Source: an uncultured delta proteobacterium (lineage in GTDB: Bacteria; Myxococcota; Myxococcia; Myxococcales; Myxococcaceae). From it: a DNA stretch of 64,000 nucleotides. Made by a program: the position numbers and the translations under genes. The stretch covers positions 448,001 to 512,000 of the forward strand of contig CAVQKE010000003.1 in assembly GCA_963713045.1 (NCBI GenBank). The letters are read 5' to 3'. The notes beneath the pieces were generated by a model. It was not told the origin of the DNA, ran no database searches, and worked only from the letters and a program-made list of their open reading frames with translations. Shown here piece after piece: positions 58,269-64,000 of the stretch. Position 1 is the first letter of the stretch. Every line of letters starts with the position of its first letter.

Positions 58269-59509
58269 ATGAAGACGCTCATGTCAGCAGTGGCGGTCCT
58301 GGCCGTGGTGGTCGCCAGCGAAGCGAATGCGGCCGGCATTGCCGTCGACCTGAACTCCGCTCGCGCCGTGGGAATGGCAGGCTCCGTCGCCGGCTTCATC
58401 GATGACGCCTCTGCCATCTATTACAACCCGGCCGGCATCGCCCAAGGTCAAGGCATCGACAACATGGTCGGCATCACCATCATCGTCCCGGTGTTCTCAA
58501 ACACCGCGGCCAACGGGGTGCAGACGAATGCCACCCCGACGCCCATCACTCCGCCCTTCCTCTACCTCACCTACGGCATCTCGGACGAAGTCACGGTCGG
58601 CATCGGGGTCTTCACCCCCTACGGACTGTCCCTGGACTATCCGGATGGCTGGCCGGGCCGCTTCATCGTGACCAGCGTTAGTGAGAAAATCTTCGACATC
58701 AACCCCACGGTGGCCTTTCACTTCGGGCCGGTCCGATTCGGCGGCGGCGTCCAAATTGCGTACGCCACGGTCGAGCTGCAAAACAACATCAACCTGTTGA
58801 CCAGCAACCCCAGCGTCTACACCCCGCCCGCGCCCGCTTCGGACCTCGGCGCCTCCACCTGGGGCTTCGGCGGCAACGTCGGCGTGCAGGTCGACATCAT
58901 CGAGAAAACGCTACAAATCGGCGCCGCCTACCGGAGCCGCGTGTCCTACAACTTCGGGGGTCCGGCGCATTTCAGCAACATTCCCCGGCCTTCCAGAGCC
59001 AGATTTTCGACCAGACCGCCACCACCAGCTTCACCACCCCGGACTCCATTGTCCTGGGCGTGGGCTACAAGCCGCTGTCTTGCCTCACCCTCGACGCCGA
59101 CCTCACCTACTTCGGCTGGCAGGTGTTTCAGGACATCGCCATCAACTTCGCGAAGACGCCGTCGCTCAATACCTACGAGTTGAAGGCCTGGCACCACACC
59201 TACAACATCCGCGTCGGGGCCGAGTGGGTCATCGACGAGCACTGGGCGCTGCGTGGCGGCATCATGTACGACCCGACACCGAGCCCCACTTCCACCTTGC
59301 AGCCAGACGTCCCGGACTCCTCCCGCATTAACTTTGCCGCCGGCTTCGGCTGGCGGGCTGGGGCTTTCCACGTCGACTTCGGCGCGCAGTGGATTTACTT
59401 CTTCCCCACCACCAGCGGCGAAGTCAGCACCTCGCTTCCGCTGTACAACCCGGCGTCCTACAGCGCGAACGCTTTCGTCGGGACACTGGCCTTCGAGATT
59501 AAAATCTAG
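58269..59509 (+). CDS. fadL: FadL/OmpP1 family outer-membrane transporter, 1-nt frameshift at 58983-58986
   Basis: ARAVGMAG..DDASAIYYNPAG; FTPYGL; INPTVA; shifted frame continues to LRGG.MYD.TP...PD. Confidence 0.85.
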
Positions 59510-59544
59510 CCGCGTCGCACGCCTTGGGCATTACAGAGGGAGCC

Positions 59545-59736
59545 GTGGGCACAGCGCCTCCGGCTCCCTTGCCATTTCCGGACAGTCTGTGCCACCGCTG
59601 CGCAGCGCCTCCGCGCTACCTGCAGGGCAAAAACAGCGTCTTCATTTTTTGCCCGCTTCTGCCCAACAAATACCCCCCACAACCGGTCCATTCCTGCCCC
59701 TGCTTCCGGCCCCGGGGCGTGGGCGACTGTCCTTAG
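59545..59736 (+). CDS. Small Cys/Pro-rich protein, putative metal-binding
   Basis: AGAGGGAG RBS before GTG; LCHRC...FCP...KYPPQPV..C; fills the intergenic gap. Confidence 0.6.
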   Translation: MGTAPPAPLPFPDSLCHRCAAPPRYLQGKNSVFIFCPLLPNKYPPQPVHSCPCFRPRGVGDCP

Positions 59737-59758
59737 CTGCCAGGGCGCGCGGGGCCGC

Positions 59759-60592
59759 CTACGGCGCCCCAGCGTCGAGGGTCAACAGCGCCAGCCCGTG
59801 GGACTCCCGCAACATTTCCTCCACCGTCACCAGCTGGTAGCCCCGCGCGCGCAGCCCCTGGATGATGGCTGGCAGGGCCTCCGAGGTGTGGAACTTCAGG
59901 TGGTTGATGTGCATCACCACAATGCTTCCGGGCTGCACTTTCTTCAGGACCCACTCCACCAGCTTCTCTTTGGTGGCGTGCTGGTCCGGGTCCCCGGAGG
60001 CCAGGTCGTATTCAATGGTGGTCAGCCCGAGTTGGGCAGCGAGGTTGACGATGCGCGCGTCATATTCCCCGTAGGGCGGCCGCCACAGCAGCGGCGTCCG
60101 GCCGGTGAGGGCCAGGACCTCGGCTTGCGTCCGAAGCAGCTCCTGGCGGACCCGGGCGTCGTCTTTGACGGCGGGCATGTGGGGATGGGTGTAGGTGTGG
60201 TTTTCCAATTCGAAGAGGTCCGGGTGTTTGGCCAACTCGCGCACGTGGGCGGACTCCTCTTTGGCCCAGCTACCGCCGAGAAAAATGGTGGCCGGCGCGT
60301 TGTTGGCCAGCAGCTCCCGGGTGATGCGCTCGTCGTACTGACTGACGTCCCGGGTGCTGCACGCATCGAAGGTGAGGGCCACGGCGCGCACACTGCGAGG
60401 TCCGTGCGCCACCACTTCCGGGGCCACCGCCGGCAGCAGCGGAGGCTCCAGCGGCGGCGGGTGGGAGAGGTCAGCTTCGGCCTTGGCAGCGGCCTCCGGC
60501 GTCTCGTGCCCAGTCGGCCCCGGGGCTAGCGCGGGCTTGGCGCAGCTGGCCAGGGCAAGGAGGGTCGCGAGGACGATGGGCGTTCGGTCCAT
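59759..60592 (-). CDS. Polysaccharide deacetylase (NodB/CE4) lipoprotein
   Basis: LASC lipobox; ALTFDAC; NHTYTHP; RPPYG; IVVMH. Confidence 0.9.
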   Translation of the reverse strand: MDRTPIVLATLLALASCAKPALAPGPTGHETPEAAAKAEADLSHPPPLEPPLLPAVAPEVVAHGPRSVRAVALTFDACSTRDVSQYDERITRELLANNAPATIFLGGSWAKEESAHVRELAKHPDLFELENHTYTHPHMPAVKDDARVRQELLRTQAEVLALTGRTPLLWRPPYGEYDARIVNLAAQLGLTTIEYDLASGDPDQHATKEKLVEWVLKKVQPGSIVVMHINHLKFHTSEALPAIIQGLRARGYQLVTVEEMLRESHGLALLTLDAGAP

Positions 60593-60613
60593 GGGGCCCT
60601 CTTCGGTGGGTCG

Positions 60614-61381
60614 CTAGTTGCGCCGAAACATGAAGCGAAGCGCGGCCGGCAGCCGCCGCCGCCAGGCTCTCTCGTTGTGCTGGCCACGCGGGTCGGCCCG
60701 AAATTTGAGTTGCTTTGCCGAGTAGTGTTTTGCCTTCAGCACCACGTCCATCTGCCGAACCAGCGGCAACATGCGGCCGCCGGCTTCCTTGGCGCCGCAG
60801 TCCAGATAAATGCGCGACACCGCCGGGGGCTGAAACGCCGCGGCGTCCTTGAAAATGGCCCGGTTGGCGGGCCAGAGAGAGGGGGAGATGGCGAGCGCGC
60901 CCCCGAAGGTGTCGACATGGTGGAAGTGGGCCCACAGGGCGGCCAAGCCGCCGAGAGAGGAGCCGCCCACCACTGCGCCCAGCGCGCCCGGCAGAGTGCC
61001 GTAGCGCGTCTGGGCTTCGGGGACCACCGTGGAGACAACCCAGGCGAGAAATGAGGCCAGGTGGCCACCGCCGTGAGGCGTCTTCCACGGCACCAACTCG
61101 TCGAAGCGCTGGTCTCCGCCGTGGGGGATGCCCACCACCACCGGCACGTTGCAGGTGCCGCGGGGAAGCGCGTCCACAGCCTGGTGGGCGTACCAGCCGC
61201 CGGCAAAGCTGAAGGTGTCGTCGAAGACGTTTTGTCCGTCGAAGAGGAAGAGGGTTGGACGGGTGCCGTCGGCAATGTGGTCGGCAGGCACGTAGGCTGT
61301 CACCACCCGCCTTGAAAAGCCTGGTGGGTGCCAGCTTCCCAGCGTCTCGAAACGGCCCGGAGGCGGAGGGGTGCGCTTCAT
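60614..61381 (-). CDS. Alpha/beta-hydrolase, putative esterase (Fes/YbbA-like)
   Basis: FDGQN.F; GGSSLGG; YLDCG..E; HNE.AW..RLP. Confidence 0.88.
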   Translation of the reverse strand: MKRTPPPPGRFETLGSWHPPGFSRRVVTAYVPADHIADGTRPTLFLFDGQNVFDDTFSFAGGWYAHQAVDALPRGTCNVPVVVGIPHGGDQRFDELVPWKTPHGGGHLASFLAWVVSTVVPEAQTRYGTLPGALGAVVGGSSLGGLAALWAHFHHVDTFGGALAISPSLWPANRAIFKDAAAFQPPAVSRIYLDCGAKEAGGRMLPLVRQMDVVLKAKHYSAKQLKFRADPRGQHNERAWRRRLPAALRFMFRRN

Positions 61382-61527
61382 CCTTTTGTCGTTGGGCGAG
61401 GCGCAGTGGTGCACAGCGCGCAGTCAACCAAACCCCTGGTGTCCATGTATGGCCCCGGGGCGCCTCCCCGCGTCCCAACTCGCCCGTGGCTGGAGGCTAC
61501 CCCAAGAGTTGGTTTAGACAGCAGCCC

Positions 61528-62199
61528 ATGCCAAGGGCCGCCCTGTGGTGCCTGCTGTTGCCGGCCGTGGCCTGCGCTCAACAGACGCCGGCCCCGGTGC
61601 AAAAAACCGCCGAAAACTACCTCAACGCCCTCAGCGCGACCGCCGATGACGCCGGCCGCGCACTCCTCCTCGGAGGGGTGACACTGGATGCGCGTCTCAC
61701 CTCGGTGGACAGCTGGCGGATTGTCAGCCGGGACTACGCGAAGCAAGAGACGGGAACGCTGAAGACGGCGTCGACCCTAATGGCGGACCTCGACAAGGCC
61801 GGCCGCCGCTCGCTGGCGGAATTGCTGAAGAAGACCTCCCCGCCTGGCGGGGACGACGTGGCGGTGGTCGAGCTGACGAAGGACGAGGCAACGCACCTGC
61901 TGGCGCCGACGCGAGAGAGGACGGAGACTTTTAAGAAGACGCTGCCCCTTTTGGCCTACGTGGCCCGGGTCGGCCGGGAAGTGTATTGGCACCCCAAAAA
62001 CCCCATTCGGCCGCTGCTGCAGCAGGCCGGCACAGACGGCAGCTACACGTTGGACGTCTACCACTTCACCGTGGAAACCACGGATGGCCCACGTCAGGAG
62101 TCCCGCCGGTGGCCGTTGCGCATTGTGCGGATGACGACCAGCGCTGGGCTGGACACCGGCTGGAAGGTGCTGCCCGCCTCGGACTGGAGTCCGGAGTGA
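61528..62199 (+). CDS. Hypothetical exported protein, possibly a lipoprotein
   Basis: Signal MPRAALWCLLLPAVAC; YWHPKNP and GWKVLPASDW motifs. Confidence 0.7.
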   Translation: MPRAALWCLLLPAVACAQQTPAPVQKTAENYLNALSATADDAGRALLLGGVTLDARLTSVDSWRIVSRDYAKQETGTLKTASTLMADLDKAGRRSLAELLKKTSPPGGDDVAVVELTKDEATHLLAPTRERTETFKKTLPLLAYVARVGREVYWHPKNPIRPLLQQAGTDGSYTLDVYHFTVETTDGPRQESRRWPLRIVRMTTSAGLDTGWKVLPASDWSPE

Positions 62200-62258
62200 G
62201 GCCGGCACGGGCGCCAAGCCATGCGGTCCGGGACTGCCCTCCCCTGCCGAGGGGCTTG

Positions 62259-62274
62259 TTGACTTCCAAGTCAA
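62259..62274. promoter_or_regulatory. Inverted repeat, candidate operator overlapping a -35-like TTGACT
   Basis: TTGACTT-CC-AAGTCAA, perfect 7-bp arms, ~100 bp upstream of the FadN-like gene. Confidence 0.6.
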
Positions 62275-62376
62275 TCGCGTAGGGTGCGCCGGCAGGCGGC
62301 CTTCCCGATGAGGGAAGCGGAAGGTCACCTCTGGCGGCTGCGGCATTAGAAGTCTTCTCTGCCTCTGGAGTGGCAC

Positions 62377-64000
62377 ATGAGCGTTGGAATTCGAAAAGTC
62401 GCGGTCCTCGGAGCAGGCGTCATGGGCAGTGGGATTGCGGCCCATGTCGCCAACGCCGGGCTTCCGGTGTTGATGCTGGACATGGTGCCTCCTCAGCCGG
62501 GGCCCAAGGACGACCCCAAGTCCCGGGCCTTCCGCAACCGATTCCCCTTGGCAGCCCTGGCGAATTTGAAGAAGCAGCGGCCAGCCCCCCTCTACAGCCT
62601 GGCCGCGCTGGACCTCATCGAGGTGGGAAACTTCGAGGACGACTTGGCTCGCGTCGCCGAGTGTGACTGGGTGGTGGAGGTGGTGAAGGAAGAGCTCGGC
62701 GTGAAGCAAGCGCTTTTCGCCCGGGTGGAGCCGCTGCTTCGGCCCGGCACCGTCATCAGCTCCAACACGTCGGGGCTCTCCATCGTCGGCATGCTCGACG
62801 GACGTGGCCCAGCCTTCCGAAAGAATTTCCTCGTCACCCACTTCTTCAACCCGGTCCGCTACATGAGGCTGTTGGAGTTGGTGCCCGGCAAGGAGACCGA
62901 CCCGGCGGTGTTGGAGCGGATGGCGCGCTTCGGCGAGGAAGTGCTCGGCAAGGGCATTGTCTACGCCAAGGACTCCACCAACTTCATCGCCAACCGGGTG
63001 GGGACCTACGGAATGCTCCGCGTGCTGGCCGAGCTTCAGAAGGCCGAGCTGACGGTGGAAGAAGTGGACAAGATTTTTGGTCCGGCCCTGGGCCGCCCGA
63101 AGAGCGCGGTGTTCCGCACCACCGACATTGTCGGTCTCGACACCTTCGTCCACGTCGCGAAGAATTGCTACGACACGCTGCCCAAGGATGAGGAGCGCGA
63201 GACATTCCGCGTTCCCGCCTTCGTCGAGCAGATGGTCCAGAAGGGCATGCTTGGCGACAAGAGCGGCATGGGCTTCTACAAGCTGGTCCGCAAGCCGGAT
63301 GGGGAGAAGGAGATTCTGGTCCTCGACTTGGCCACCTTCAGCTACCGGCCCCAGGCCAAAGTGCGCTTCGAGTCGCTGGGGGCGGCCCGCAACATTGACG
63401 ATGTTGCCGAGCGCATCCGCACCGTCCTCACCGGCACCGACAAGGCCGCACGCTTTGCCGAGCGGGTGACGCTGGACACCCTGGCCTATGCCAGCCGCCG
63501 CATTCCCGAGATTTCTGATGACTTGGTGAACATCGACCGGGCCCTGCGCTGGGGCTTTGCCTGGGACCTCGGGCCATTCCAGGTGTGGGACGCCTACGGG
63601 GTCCGTCAGGGCGTCGCGCGAATGAAGGAGCTCAGCATCAAGCCAGCGGCCTGGGTGGAGGCAATGCTCGCCGCAGGACGGGAAAGCTTCTACGGCGTGG
63701 AGGGGATTCGGGACACGGCCTGGGACATCCCCTCTCAAAAGTCCAAGGTGGTGCCGGAAAACCCACGGACACTGCGGGTGGAGTACCTGCGCCGGGGCAA
63801 CAAGCGCGTCGCGACCAATGACTCGGCCTCCCTGTGGGACGCCGGCGACGGCATCTTCCTGCTCGAGTTTCACTCGAAGATGAATGCGCTCGACGACGCC
63901 ATCGTTGCCATGATGCACACCGCGCTTGACCGCACCGAAGGCGAGGGCCGCGGCCTGGTCATCGGCAACGACGGGGCCCATTTTTCCGCCGGCGCCAACC
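62377..64000 (+). CDS. 3-hydroxyacyl-CoA dehydrogenase / enoyl-CoA hydratase family protein (FadN-like), 3'-truncated by the window edge
   Basis: Not in ORF track because no stop is reached; GGAG RBS; VAVLGAGVMGSGIAAH, SSNTSG, HFFNP.RYM.LLE, NFIANR, FSAGAN. Confidence 0.93.
   Translation, partial: MSVGIRKVAVLGAGVMGSGIAAHVANAGLPVLMLDMVPPQPGPKDDPKSRAFRNRFPLAALANLKKQRPAPLYSLAALDLIEVGNFEDDLARVAECDWVVEVVKEELGVKQALFARVEPLLRPGTVISSNTSGLSIVGMLDGRGPAFRKNFLVTHFFNPVRYMRLLELVPGKETDPAVLERMARFGEEVLGKGIVYAKDSTNFIANRVGTYGMLRVLAELQKAELTVEEVDKIFGPALGRPKSAVFRTTDIVGLDTFVHVAKNCYDTLPKDEERETFRVPAFVEQMVQKGMLGDKSGMGFYKLVRKPDGEKEILVLDLATFSYRPQAKVRFESLGAARNIDDVAERIRTVLTGTDKAARFAERVTLDTLAYASRRIPEISDDLVNIDRALRWGFAWDLGPFQVWDAYGVRQGVARMKELSIKPAAWVEAMLAAGRESFYGVEGIRDTAWDIPSQKSKVVPENPRTLRVEYLRRGNKRVATNDSASLWDAGDGIFLLEFHSKMNALDDAIVAMMHTALDRTEGEGRGLVIGNDGAHFSAGAN

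Noticed and set aside
28035..58986. Programmed frameshifting or a set of pseudogenes as the explanation for four split genes
   Set aside because: All are single-base losses, mostly in C/G runs, in unrelated and otherwise intact genes; assembly error is more parsimonious
61777..63981. 734-aa minus-strand ORF
   Set aside because: Antisense shadow of the FadN-like gene, which carries all the motifs; long shadow ORFs are expected at this GC content

Overview
A GC-rich bacterial chromosomal window whose gene content and protein style point to Myxococcales (inference). It is mostly core genome. It holds a complete type II secretion cluster (gspC-D-E-F-[small ORF]-G-H-I-J-K-L-M-N) behind a well-formed sigma54 promoter, flanked by two enhancer-binding proteins, one intact and one lacking GAFTGA. 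It also holds topoisomerase IV-type A/B genes, rho, a five-gene ABC/LolA-like/outer-membrane envelope operon, gltBD, an isoaspartyl peptidase, an LpxL-DUF6624-like fusion, a phenylalanine hydroxylase, a stand-alone EF-G, a thioredoxin, a sigma54-preceded lipase plus FadL pair and the start of a FadN-like gene. The most notable observations are: (1) a ~1 kb relic island at 21.7-22.8 kb bounded by a duplicated 3' end of an MBL-fold hydrolase gene with a 16-bp identical core; (2) near-total avoidance of GATC, with the few surviving sites confined almost entirely to gspC-gspJ and that island; (3) an unannotated 47-aa membrane ORF coupled to gspG; (4) recurrent D-[AG]-G motifs in exported proteins. 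Four single-base frameshifts, three in C/G runs, are most likely assembly errors. I saw no rRNA, tRNA, CRISPR array, transposase or integrase. All family calls come from motif recognition by eye, not database searches.
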